A stretch of DNA of 64,000 nt. It comes from an uncultured delta proteobacterium. GTDB lineage: Bacteria; Myxococcota_A; Polyangia; Polyangiales; Polyangiaceae. Numbering within the stretch: the stretch's first letter is position 1; every line of letters starts with the position of its first letter. The notes beneath the pieces were generated by a model. The model was not told the origin of the DNA, ran no database searches, and worked only from the letters and a program-made list of their open reading frames with translations. The DNA is taken from positions 192,001-256,000 of the forward strand of contig CAVOKF010000003.1 of assembly GCA_963696385.1 (NCBI GenBank), given 5' to 3'. The position numbers and the translations under genes were made by a program. Below are positions 18,439-27,691 of the stretch, one piece after another.

Positions 18439-18578
18439 GGCAACGCCATCGATTGGCACATCTGCGCGCAATCGCAAGGGCCATGCAACAAGGTGACGAG
18501 GGATGGCCTCGGCGCCGCGAAGGGCCCTTCGCCGCTCGCCATCCGCATTGACGGCGACGGATCCGGCAGACGATATCG

Positions 18579-19610
18579 ATGTCCGCCATGTCCGGCATCG
18601 GCGTTGTCGTCAATCCGAAGAGCAGACGGAACCTGGGCGACCCAGGCGCGGCTGCTCGCTTGGCGCGCCAGCTGGGCGACTCCGGCATCGTGCGCGAAGC
18701 TCGATCCATCGACGAGCTTCATCGCGTCGCGGAGGATTTCCAGCGCGCCGACATCGACGTACTCGCCATCAGCGGAGGCGACGGAACGAACAGCGTGACG
18801 CTTACCGGCTTCGTCCGCGCCTACGGGTCGACCCCACTTCCACCCATTGCCCTGTTGCGCGGCGGCACGATGAACACCGTAGCGAACTCGGTCGGCGTAG
18901 CGCGCGGTCGACCCGAGCACCTGCTCGGTCGGCTCGTTCATCGCTACGCCCGGCGCGCGACGGAGCCGATTGCCGTCGTGGAGCGCGACGTCATGCACGT
19001 CGTGTCGGAGACCGACCGCACGACCCGCTGCGCATTTCTCTTCGGAACCGGGATCATGCATCGGTTTCTTGCCGAGTACTACGCCGGCGGTGCTTCGTCG
19101 CCGCTCGTAGCGGCCAAGGTCCTGGCGCGCGGTATCGGCAGCGCGATGGTCGGCGGGCCCATGATTCAGCGGCTCGCCGAGCCGTTTCGGGGCTCGGTCA
19201 TGGTCGATGACGGGGTCGAATGGCCCGAGCGCGACTACCTCGCTGTCGCCGCGGGGACGGTTTCGCACATCGGTCTGGATTTCAAGCCGTTCTACCGATT
19301 CGCCGAACGCGCTGGAGCGTTTCACTGCCTGGGAATCGTTGCCTCGCCCGCGGCTTTCGTCGCGGAACTTCATCGCATTCATCAAGCGCGTCCGATGCGG
19401 GCGGGTAAAGCGTACGATGCCGTCGCGAGCCGAATGGTCGTTCAAAGCACCGTGCAGCCCCTGCGGTACATGATCGACGGGGATTTGCACGAGACGAGGG
19501 GCCGGCTGGAGGTGACGGTTGGCGCCCGGGTTCGCCTGATCGTCGAGCCTGGAGAACACAAAGACGGGTTCAGGGGCGCCCCGCTTGCGCCCGGCAAGCT
19601 CCCTTCTTAA
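18579..19610 (+). CDS. Diacylglycerol/sphingosine kinase family protein
   Basis: VVNPKS, SGGDGT, LRGGTMN and IDGD motifs. Confidence 0.88.
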   Translation: MSAMSGIGVVVNPKSRRNLGDPGAAARLARQLGDSGIVREARSIDELHRVAEDFQRADIDVLAISGGDGTNSVTLTGFVRAYGSTPLPPIALLRGGTMNTVANSVGVARGRPEHLLGRLVHRYARRATEPIAVVERDVMHVVSETDRTTRCAFLFGTGIMHRFLAEYYAGGASSPLVAAKVLARGIGSAMVGGPMIQRLAEPFRGSVMVDDGVEWPERDYLAVAAGTVSHIGLDFKPFYRFAERAGAFHCLGIVASPAAFVAELHRIHQARPMRAGKAYDAVASRMVVQSTVQPLRYMIDGDLHETRGRLEVTVGARVRLIVEPGEHKDGFRGAPLAPGKLPS

Positions 19611-19623
19611 CGTTGTAAACGCC

Positions 19624-20238
19624 GTGTGGCCCATTGCTTTCGCCCTCGCCGCTTGTATTGGTGTGCTTTCGGCCGAATCGGGGGCTCGGGCCGATGGCCT
19701 GACCCCCGCCGAGGCCGATCGGCTGGCCCGAGCGGAGACCGTCGTACGAAACGAGTCGATCGAGCGAAACGGGCGACGCTATGTCGGCGGCGTCGCGTAC
19801 GCCATACTCGACACGTCACCCGCAGACCTCGAAGCGCTTCTCGTGAACGACGAGGCGTGGCAGCGCATCCTTCCCAAGGCGCGATCCGCCTGCAGGGTGG
19901 GAACCGAGGCGGGCGACGCGCTCGTGGAGATGACCCACGGGACGCCGCTTTTGCATGCGACGTATACGATTCGCGTCCGGCACGAGGCGCACAACGTTCG
20001 CTTCTGGCTGGATCCGCGGCGTCCACACGACATCGAGGACGCATGGGGCTTCCTTCGTGCCGTTCCCCGGCCCGACGGCCGAACGCTGGTCACCTACGGA
20101 GTGCTCATCGACATGGGCCCGGGGCTTCTTCGCGATATGTTCGAGGAGCGCGTGCGTGTCGCGGCGCTCACGGTGCCCGATCGCGTTCGCGACCTGCTTC
20201 TCGAACGAAGTGCCACGAGTGTGCGAGCCTCGAGGTGA
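19624..20238 (+). CDS. Secreted SRPBCC/START-like ligand-binding protein
   Basis: Signal peptide ending ARA-D (GTG 19624), helix-grip pattern with WQRILP, VRFWLD..RPHDI..AWG, TLVTY. Confidence 0.65.
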   Translation: MWPIAFALAACIGVLSAESGARADGLTPAEADRLARAETVVRNESIERNGRRYVGGVAYAILDTSPADLEALLVNDEAWQRILPKARSACRVGTEAGDALVEMTHGTPLLHATYTIRVRHEAHNVRFWLDPRRPHDIEDAWGFLRAVPRPDGRTLVTYGVLIDMGPGLLRDMFEERVRVAALTVPDRVRDLLLERSATSVRASR

Positions 20239-21191
20239 CTGTTCGCGCACCCACGGCAGCCGTTACGCGGGTCTCGATCATTGCGCTCAGCACGTATCGC
20301 GAAGCGGTTCGAGCGCGCGTTCTTCTTTCGGTGTTCGCGCTCGGGCTGATGACGTGCGCGTATTCGCTCGTGGTGGCCTCGCTGTCGCTGCATAACGAAG
20401 AGCGTGTCGTCGCCGATCTTGGGGGCGCCTCTCTCTCGCTTTACGGGGTCGCCATTGCGATCGTGCTCGGCTCGACGTCGCTGTACCGAGAAGTCGAGTA
20501 TAAGACCGTATTTCCCATATTGTCTCGCCCCATTCGCCGTTGGGAGTACCTCGTCGGCAAGTACTTCGGTACCGTGCTGACGGTCGTCGTTTTCGTCGGC
20601 ATCGAGTCCGCGGCGGTGCTTCTTGCCCTCGCGCTCGAAGCCGGGGCGCCAGGGCTCCGAATCGGCGCGGTCACGGCTGCCGCTTTCCTGATTCTGGCCG
20701 GATGCATCGCGCGCTTCCGACACGCGGGAGTTTTCGTCGCGATCCCCTGGTCGATTGCCGTAGCGGCCATCGCCTGGACGCAAGCGTCCTACGCACTGGG
20801 TGAGCGACAGCTCGTCACGGTCTCGGCGGTACTCGCCGTGCTCGAAGTGAGTATCGTGGCCGCCGTGGCGACGTTGTTCGCCTCGTTCTCGTCGCCGTTT
20901 CTGACGGCCACCTTCACGTTCCTGGTGTTTCTCATCGGGCGCTCCGCGGACAGTCTCGCGCACCTGCCCACGAGGACATTCGGGGCCCAGATTGCTGGAC
21001 TCGGCCGATGGCTCTCGCACGTATTCCCGAATCTGCACGCTTACGTTCCCGCACGGTCGCTCCTTCTCGGGCAAGTCGCCGACGATCGGGTGTGGTCTTA
21101 TGTGGGGCGCGCCGGAGCCTACGCCGTGGCCTACGCCACCGTTGTCTTGGTGATTGGAGCGCTTGCGTTCGGTAGGCGGGACTTCTCATGA
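20235..21191 (+). CDS. ABC-2 type transporter permease (PilI-like)
   Basis: GTG overlaps the upstream TGA. IALSTYREAVR, EVEYKTVFPILSRPIRRWEYLVGKY and terminal FGRRDF. Confidence 0.85.
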   Translation: MTVRAPTAAVTRVSIIALSTYREAVRARVLLSVFALGLMTCAYSLVVASLSLHNEERVVADLGGASLSLYGVAIAIVLGSTSLYREVEYKTVFPILSRPIRRWEYLVGKYFGTVLTVVVFVGIESAAVLLALALEAGAPGLRIGAVTAAAFLILAGCIARFRHAGVFVAIPWSIAVAAIAWTQASYALGERQLVTVSAVLAVLEVSIVAAVATLFASFSSPFLTATFTFLVFLIGRSADSLAHLPTRTFGAQIAGLGRWLSHVFPNLHAYVPARSLLLGQVADDRVWSYVGRAGAYAVAYATVVLVIGALAFGRRDFS

Positions 21192-21346
21192 GCCGAACGA
21201 CGTGGGGCGGAGCGCCGTTCGGGCGCACCGGAGCCTACGCCGTGGCCTACGCCACCGTTGTCTTGGTGATCGGAGCGCTTGCGTTCGGTAGGCGGGACTT
21301 CTCATGAGCCGAACGACGTGGGGCGGAGCGCCGTTCGGGCGCGCCG
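21105..21346 (+). repeat. 116-bp direct tandem duplication bounded by a 10-bp microhomology (GGGCGCGCCG)
   Basis: 21105-21220 is repeated at 21221-21336 with two differences (G21111/A21227 and T21155/C21271). GGGCGCGCCG occurs at 21105 and 21337. Confidence 0.95.
21188..21307 (+). CDS. 39-aa chimeric membrane peptide created by the duplication
   Basis: MSRTTWGGAPFGRTGAYAVAYATVVLVIGALAFGRRDFS*, with ATGA overlaps at both ends. Expression is unknown. Confidence 0.45.
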   Translation: MSRTTWGGAPFGRTGAYAVAYATVVLVIGALAFGRRDFS

Positions 21347-21942
21347 CCCTCTTCGCGTCGTTCGTTGCCGCGACGGCACTGAGCGTGCTGGCTGCGCGCG
21401 AAGTCGTCATCGGTCGTGACGAGGTGAGCGAGTCGGACGCCGCGTCGGCCCATGGCAACTGGCTCGACGCGATCCGCCACGCTCGCAACGCAGCTCAGGC
21501 GAGCTCGCCCGGAAGCCCTTGGCCGTCGCGGGCGCGCCGCCGGCTCGAAGCGATGGGGTTGGACGCCGAGCGGCGGGGCGATGACGACACGGCGCTCCTC
21601 GCGTACGGCTCACTTCGCTCGGCGGCCCTGGCGACGCGCGGGATCGGCTCGAACAGTGCTCGGTGGCGAGCCGCCGCCGAAGACGGACTGTCGCGCGTCG
21701 CAGGGCGGCGGTCGGACGTTCCGCACCCACGGGACGCGCGGTCGAGCATGCTCGCAGCGCTGCAGCACGAGGAGGCTCCGCCAGCTGGAACCATGGCGCT
21801 GCTCATGGCTTCGGCGCTGGCGCTGACGGCCGGGCTCGGACACCTGGCGTGGGTCGACTCGCAGAGGGCCGGCGTTCGACTGGGACAGACTCTCGTTGCC
21901 GGCGGGATACTCACATTCGCCGCTGCGCTCTTGATGAATTGA
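21304..21942 (+). CDS. Hypothetical membrane protein
   Basis: 212-aa ORF with an N-terminal hydrophobic helix, a helical middle and two C-terminal TM segments. Translationally coupled to the upstream ORF. Confidence 0.75.
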   Translation: MSRTTWGGAPFGRAALFASFVAATALSVLAAREVVIGRDEVSESDAASAHGNWLDAIRHARNAAQASSPGSPWPSRARRRLEAMGLDAERRGDDDTALLAYGSLRSAALATRGIGSNSARWRAAAEDGLSRVAGRRSDVPHPRDARSSMLAALQHEEAPPAGTMALLMASALALTAGLGHLAWVDSQRAGVRLGQTLVAGGILTFAAALLMN

Positions 21943-21967
21943 ATCGGGGTGTGGCAAATCTTGTCCG

Positions 21968-23524
21968 ATGGCTACGGTACCCATGGATGCCGGCAAGGTC
22001 ATGCGCTGCCGCGACATCGCCGAGCGCATCGCGGCCGACGTGCAGCGCTACATCGACACGCACACGACCGTCGGAGTCGAGCGCACGATCCTTCGGGCCT
22101 ACGGCGCCGAGGGCGTCGACCACGAGGGTGTGCCCCTCGTCAACACGGCCGTCGATCGCTACGCGCGGGCCGGGTTGCTCGGACGCGGCATCGCCTTTTT
22201 TTTGGGTCGGGCCCTTCTCGCGGGGGCAAAGACGGCGCAGAGCGCCGCCGAGTCCCTGGCATTTTCCGCGGAACTCGACGCAGGCGACAACGAGCCGGGT
22301 CTCGATGCTGTGCGCCACGTCCTCGTAGACCCTACCGAAGCCGCTCTCGCCCGTATCGACACCGCACGCGACGAGCGAGAAGAACTGAAGCGTCGCGTCC
22401 CCACCGGACCCACACCGCTCAAGTACGTGATCGTCGCGACGGGCAATATTTTCGACGACGCCGTGCAAGCCAAGGCGGCGGCCCACGCCGGTGCCGATGT
22501 CGTGGCCGTGATTCGGGCCACGGCGCAGTCTCTTCTCGACTACGTCCCGCACGGGGCCACGACCGAGGGTTACGGAGGAACGTTCGCGACCCAGGAGAAC
22601 TTCCGGATCATCCGACGCGCTCTGAATGAGTTCAGCCAGGCCGGCGGCCGCTACGTGCTCCAGGCGAACTACTCGTCGGGCCTATGCATGGCCGAAATCG
22701 CCTGGATGGCCGCCGTCGAGAGGCTCGACGTACTTCTCAACGACGCCATGTACGGGATCCTGTTTCGCGACATCAACATGTGCAGGACATTTGTCGATCA
22801 ATACGTGTCGCGTCGGTTCATTGCCCGCGCGGGCATCATGATCAATACGGGGGAGGACAACTACCTGACGACCGCCAATGCGGTCGAGAAAGCGCACACG
22901 GTTCTAGCGAGCCAGTTCATCAATGAAGCGTTCGCACTTCGCGCCGGCCTGCGGACTGCCCAAATGGGACTGGGCCATGCGTACGAGATCGATCCGTGGC
23001 TCGAGGACTCGTTCTTATTGGAAATGGCGCAGGCGCAGCTCATCCGACAGATTTTCGACTGCCATCCGATCAAATGGATGCCGCCGACCAAACACAAAAC
23101 GGGAGACATCTTCTTTGCTCATGTGCACGACGCTCTATTCGATCTCGTCGGGGTAACGACAAAGCAGTCCATCGAGCTCTTGGGCATGTTCAGCGAGGCG
23201 ATTCACAACCCCCTGCTGATGGACCGCTACCTCGCCCTGAAGGCAACCCGGTACGTCTATAACGCGTGCAAGCACCTGGGCGACGAGATGGAGTTCAGGA
23301 CCGACGGTATCGTGGCGCGTCGCGCCGTTCAGGTGCTCGACGAAGCCCTCGAGTTGCTGGTCGCGGTCGAGCGTGACTCGATTTGGGATGCGATCGGCGC
23401 GGGCGCATTCGCTGATGTCAAGCGAACACGCACCGGCGGCAAGGGTTATGGCGGCGTCATCCGGCGCGATCGGGATTATGTCAATCCGCTGCTCGATGCG
23501 CTGGAGGCGAGCTCGACGGCTTAG
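21968..23524 (+). CDS. kamD: Lysine 5,6-aminomutase alpha subunit
   Basis: THTTVGVER, YVIVATGNI, AVIRATAQSLLDYVP, TTEGYGGTFATQENF, NYSSGLCM, INTGEDNYLTT, KWMPPTK. Confidence 0.95.
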   Translation: MATVPMDAGKVMRCRDIAERIAADVQRYIDTHTTVGVERTILRAYGAEGVDHEGVPLVNTAVDRYARAGLLGRGIAFFLGRALLAGAKTAQSAAESLAFSAELDAGDNEPGLDAVRHVLVDPTEAALARIDTARDEREELKRRVPTGPTPLKYVIVATGNIFDDAVQAKAAAHAGADVVAVIRATAQSLLDYVPHGATTEGYGGTFATQENFRIIRRALNEFSQAGGRYVLQANYSSGLCMAEIAWMAAVERLDVLLNDAMYGILFRDINMCRTFVDQYVSRRFIARAGIMINTGEDNYLTTANAVEKAHTVLASQFINEAFALRAGLRTAQMGLGHAYEIDPWLEDSFLLEMAQAQLIRQIFDCHPIKWMPPTKHKTGDIFFAHVHDALFDLVGVTTKQSIELLGMFSEAIHNPLLMDRYLALKATRYVYNACKHLGDEMEFRTDGIVARRAVQVLDEALELLVAVERDSIWDAIGAGAFADVKRTRTGGKGYGGVIRRDRDYVNPLLDALEASSTA

Positions 23525-23675
23525 GGCCCGCACCCGTAATGCAACCGTCGTTCTTGGCTTGCGGGGGGCCTTCGACGGGGGTGCACCCGCACGAGCAGAG
23601 CTCAGCCGCCGTCTGAGTCGCGTGCCATCCATTTGCGGGAATCCGCTCCGCGGTGCACGCTACCCGTACCGTCGC

Positions 23676-24431
23676 ATGCAAAACGCCGGCCCTCCCAGGC
23701 AGCTCCGCGCATACGGCGACCGCGAGGGCGACGGCATGGTGCAGATGTCGTTCGTTCTTCAGATTTCTCCGAGCCCACGCGGCCGTGAGGCGGCCAAGCG
23801 ATTTGCCGAAATGCATGGCCTGGCCGACCCTCTGATCGCCACGATGGAGGCCTGCGCGGAGGGTTGCTCGTTTTTTGTGGTCTATGGCCACTCGCGGCAC
23901 GCAGTCGACGAGGCGACGGTCAACGTGTCCGAAATCCGCACGGAACGGCTGGAGCGAGAGGAAATCGAGCAGCGCATCCGGACGCGGCTCAGACGCAAGA
24001 TCATCGTGGTCGGTGCCTGCACGGGCAGCGACGCGCACACCGTCGGCATCGACGCAATCCTCAATTACAAGGGATATGCGGGGAATAAAGGGCTCGAGAG
24101 CTACAAGGGATTCGAAGTCTTCAACCTCGGCGCACAAGTCGAAAATGAGCAATTGGTCGCTCGGGCTCAGGCGCTGCACGCCGATGCGATTCTGGTGAGC
24201 CAGGTCATCACTCAACGCAATTGTCACAAGGAAAACGGGCGCGCACTCGTGGATCTGCTGAAGCGGTCGGGAACGCGTGACGCCTTCATCTTGCTTTTTG
24301 GGGGTCCGCGAGTGGACCACCCGCTGGCCTTGGAGCTCGGATTCGATGCGGGATTCGGTCCGGGCACGAGCCCCACCGACGTCGCGTCGTATCTCATCGA
24401 GCGCATGTGCGGCGAGGGCTCGGGGGCGTAG
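23676..24431 (+). CDS. kamE: Lysine 5,6-aminomutase beta subunit (dimerisation + cobalamin-binding domains)
   Basis: YGDREGDGMVQMSF, base-off B12 motif DAHTVG, PLP-lysine context NYKG, SQVITQ and GFDAGFGPG. Confidence 0.95.
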   Translation: MQNAGPPRQLRAYGDREGDGMVQMSFVLQISPSPRGREAAKRFAEMHGLADPLIATMEACAEGCSFFVVYGHSRHAVDEATVNVSEIRTERLEREEIEQRIRTRLRRKIIVVGACTGSDAHTVGIDAILNYKGYAGNKGLESYKGFEVFNLGAQVENEQLVARAQALHADAILVSQVITQRNCHKENGRALVDLLKRSGTRDAFILLFGGPRVDHPLALELGFDAGFGPGTSPTDVASYLIERMCGEGSGA

Positions 24432-24489
24432 CGCTGCAGTCTTCGAGGCGCTCCGAATGATTCAGCGGATCTCGAAGACACGACAATCG

Positions 24490-26421
24490 TTACTCGTGCA
24501 CGGGTGCGATCGGCAAATCGACCGATATCCATGCGTCTATGCCCGCCCGGCCGACCCGATGGGCGCCCGTCGCCCGAACGACCACGCACTTGCAGGGGTC
24601 GTGGAACTCGAGCGCCGCGACGGTGGCGACGAGCTCACCTCCGTCGAGTCGCACATCGGCCCCGGCGCGTGCGGTGATCGGAGCCGCAATCGGAACTCCT
24701 AGCCGTGCTCCTCCGGTCCAACCGGGGGAAGCGAGAAAGCCGCTCGAAGGTTCGATGGTCGGGTCGGCGAGGGCCCGGGCGACAAGTGGATCCAAGCCTT
24801 CACGACCTGCCACGTTCATGGCCAGATGCATTCCCGACCCTGGCCCGATGCGCATGCCGGCGACGACCGCGGTTCCGATACCCGTAGACGGTGCGAACGC
24901 TTGGGCGGCATCGGCACGGAAGGCCAACCACGGCCCTCCAAGCGTGGCGCGAGCGCGAACCGCAGCCGTGGCCTGCCCGTCGTGTCCGACTGCTCCTGCG
25001 GCGAGATCGACGTCGGCCGCAGCACGAGACCCCCACCGACCGACGGTGTTGGACCAGCCCAAATCGCCGACCCATGCGGTCCCGCTCGGTACGGCCATTG
25101 CTCGGCCGGCGGGCTCCACGAAAACGTCGCTTGCGTGGGTGGCGATTGCCGAGATTTCCACTCGCGGCTCGGTACGGTGCACCCACGGATCAGCAGCCTC
25201 GGCCGAGGCGTAGGCGCGTGCGAGCGGTACGCCTAGGGCGATTCTGGCTTGCGCAGCGCCATTTAGCCCCGCCAGCGTGCCGTTGTCGGCCGCCTCGCCG
25301 AACGCCCGAACAGCGAGCGTAGCCCCCATCGGGCCGATGGAGGTCGCCAGGAGCGTCCCTCCCTCCCCGCGGGCGAAACTCGTCGCGTTGTGCGCGGTCC
25401 ACGCGAGAGCCGCCGCCGGTGCGGCGGACGCTCCCGCGACTTGTCCCCCTTCGAGCATCACGTCGTAAGCCCCAACCCACCCGAGAGCATCGGCGCGATG
25501 GATGGCGAGGATCGGACCGCTCGCAAAGTCCAGTCCACCGGCGCCACGCACCCCGACCGCTCGAATGCCGGATGCCATCATCCACCCACTCTGGCGCCAC
25601 TCGGCCTGGGCCTGCGCTCGATCGAAGGGTCGCGCCGCCGTGTCGACGTCGGTGACAGCCTGAACTGCGCGCGCCCCGCGCAGCGCGTCGATCTCCCAGG
25701 CGGCTGACGGTCCGCGCCCGTCGGGATCGACTGGTTCTGCGCCGCTGGCGCGAATCGCAACTCCGTCTTGTCCGTGAAGCCGATCCCAGTGGATCTGCGT
25801 GGCGGTCATGGTGGTGCGGACCGCCACGTCCGCTGCGACGCCTCCCTCGACGTACCCACCCGCGCGCGCGTCGAAGCCGTTGACCGTATCGCCTTGTACC
25901 CATGGAACGTGGACACCGCCGCCCGCAAAAAAGCCATCGGCTCCGCGCCACGCAAGATCGGGCGGCAATAGCCCCAGTCGTCCTGGAGATCGGAGCCAGG
26001 CGACGGGCAGCCATGCCACGGGGATGCCGAACACCTCCAAGACGGGATTGCGGAGAATGACATCGTGCGGGGGCGCCAGAGTCGCTCCCGAAAAGCGCAG
26101 GGCCAGCGGAGTTCCGAGGCACGGGCAAAACGCGAGCACCCCCTGCCCCTCGAGCACCACGCCCATCGGGACGCGCCGCAGGCGCAGCTCGTTGCTCGTG
26201 ACATGAAAAGGCGGCTCGTCGACGCGTACGTGCCCGGAGGCATCGACGGATTGCGATTGCGCATCGAATTTGACTTCGTCCGCACCAAACGCAACGGGAA
26301 CGGCTTCGGGCGAAGCCGTTGGCTGGGCAAAGAGCCCTCGGCCCGCCCCGAGAACGACCGCCGCCGCAGCGGACGCGATCCAGCGATGCGTGAGGTGCCC
26401 CCTTCCGCCCCTCGTGCGCAA
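24490..26421 (-). CDS. LptD-like outer-membrane protein
   Basis: Hydrophobic leader, OstA-like ADEV.FD..ASGHV, CPC, LEVFGIPVAWLP...GLLPP, beta-strand-rich C-terminus with DPCKC. Start uncertain (TTG 26421 chosen). Confidence 0.6.
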   Translation of the reverse strand: MRTRGGRGHLTHRWIASAAAAVVLGAGRGLFAQPTASPEAVPVAFGADEVKFDAQSQSVDASGHVRVDEPPFHVTSNELRLRRVPMGVVLEGQGVLAFCPCLGTPLALRFSGATLAPPHDVILRNPVLEVFGIPVAWLPVAWLRSPGRLGLLPPDLAWRGADGFFAGGGVHVPWVQGDTVNGFDARAGGYVEGGVAADVAVRTTMTATQIHWDRLHGQDGVAIRASGAEPVDPDGRGPSAAWEIDALRGARAVQAVTDVDTAARPFDRAQAQAEWRQSGWMMASGIRAVGVRGAGGLDFASGPILAIHRADALGWVGAYDVMLEGGQVAGASAAPAAALAWTAHNATSFARGEGGTLLATSIGPMGATLAVRAFGEAADNGTLAGLNGAAQARIALGVPLARAYASAEAADPWVHRTEPRVEISAIATHASDVFVEPAGRAMAVPSGTAWVGDLGWSNTVGRWGSRAAADVDLAAGAVGHDGQATAAVRARATLGGPWLAFRADAAQAFAPSTGIGTAVVAGMRIGPGSGMHLAMNVAGREGLDPLVARALADPTIEPSSGFLASPGWTGGARLGVPIAAPITARAGADVRLDGGELVATVAALEFHDPCKCVVVRATGAHRVGRAGIDAWISVDLPIAPVHE

Positions 26422-26429
26422 ACCCGAAT

Positions 26430-27065
26430 TCAGCGACGCGACCGAGTCTCGTCGCCGGGCGACGCGCGCTCGTGGGGCGATGACCCGGCCGTGCCGGTGG
26501 GGTCCGAGTCCGCGCCGGAAGCGCTCGGAACGTAGTCGCCTTTGGGAAATTCGATGCGCATCATAGTGCCCCCGTCCTTGCCCGGATCGAAGCTCACGAT
26601 AGGCGTCACAGAGGCGCGCAGGGCGATCACGAACCAAAGGTCATGTCCGTGAAGGACGAGCCGCGCACTCGTCACCGGGGTGTTGAAGTGCACGGTCACG
26701 AGTGGATTGTAGTTGTTGCGCAGACCCACACGGGCCCCCTTGAGGACGTAGGTGATCGTCGTGCGCTCGACCTTCGTCTCGTACGCGACCGGCTGAGACA
26801 GCTCGACGAACAGCCTCGTGGATCCGTCGGCGAGTGTCTCGAAACCAGCCAGCATGGCGTCTGCGGGCGTCGGGCGTTGGCGTCCGGACCGAACCGGCCC
26901 TCGTCGAGGCGGCGACGCGCGAGACGGACCCGCATTCGCGGTCGACGCGCTCGCTCCCGGCGCGGCCGAGACGGAGTCTTGGGCAAAGCCCAACGCCACC
27001 GGACAGAGCGCCAGCGGGGCCGCGAGAGCGATGCAGGCTGCGCGAGCGGAGTACCGCATGGCCAA
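26430..27065 (-). CDS. Secreted AMIN-like domain protein
   Basis: Signal peptide, then STRLFVELSQPVAYE, PLVTVHFNTPVTSARL and a beta-sandwich pattern. Confidence 0.6.
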   Translation of the reverse strand: MAMRYSARAACIALAAPLALCPVALGFAQDSVSAAPGASASTANAGPSRASPPRRGPVRSGRQRPTPADAMLAGFETLADGSTRLFVELSQPVAYETKVERTTITYVLKGARVGLRNNYNPLVTVHFNTPVTSARLVLHGHDLWFVIALRASVTPIVSFDPGKDGGTMMRIEFPKGDYVPSASGADSDPTGTAGSSPHERASPGDETRSRR

Positions 27066-27224
27066 AAATTAGAGCACGACGACGACGTCCCTTGCGAACT
27101 TTGGTGCGCCCGGCCCTTCACGTGCACGCGAACGGTCGCTCGCACCATCGACCCAGCCGCTCCTCGGCCGCGGGCCCGCTGGCGAAGTTGCCCGAAAAGC
27201 CCGGCGCCTGGTACGCCCCAGACG

Positions 27225-27623
27225 ATGGAACAGCAGCTCCCGGCCGCGGAAATTACCGCCTTGCTCGGGCGGGGGACCGAATTCGAAGGAAAGCTCCATT
27301 TCGAGGGGCGCGTGCGCATCGACGGCCTCTTCAAGGGCGAGATCGGCAGCGAGGATACCCTCGTCATCGGGGAGGGAGCCGACGTCCACGCGGAGATCGA
27401 CGTGGCCACCGTCATCGTGCGGGGGGGAGTGGTTCACGGCAACATCCGTGCAAAGACCGCCATTGAGATCCATGCCCCCGGAAAAGTCGTCGGCAACCTG
27501 CACTCGCCTTCGCTCTTCATCGACCGGGGCGTCGAGTTTCAGGGAAGCTGCCGCATGGATCCGTTCGAGGCGGCCGCGACCGAGCAGCGGATCCCATCGG
27601 CTGCCGCGAAGCCTCGCGTCTGA
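27225..27623 (+). CDS. Bactofilin (polymer-forming cytoskeletal protein)
   Basis: LLGRGTEFEGKLHFEGRVRIDG.FKGEI...G.V.GNI...GV.FQGSCRM. Confidence 0.93.
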   Translation: MEQQLPAAEITALLGRGTEFEGKLHFEGRVRIDGLFKGEIGSEDTLVIGEGADVHAEIDVATVIVRGGVVHGNIRAKTAIEIHAPGKVVGNLHSPSLFIDRGVEFQGSCRMDPFEAAATEQRIPSAAAKPRV

Positions 27624-27691
27624 GGCGTGGGCGACGGCCTGCGTCGCTCCATGCCGCTCACCCATGCTCTCGATGCCGATGTGGCTCCCGC

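Noticed and set aside
18453..18470. TGGCAC as a sigma54 promoter (a similar case occurs near 50754)
   Set aside because: There is no TTGC/GC at the required -12 spacing.
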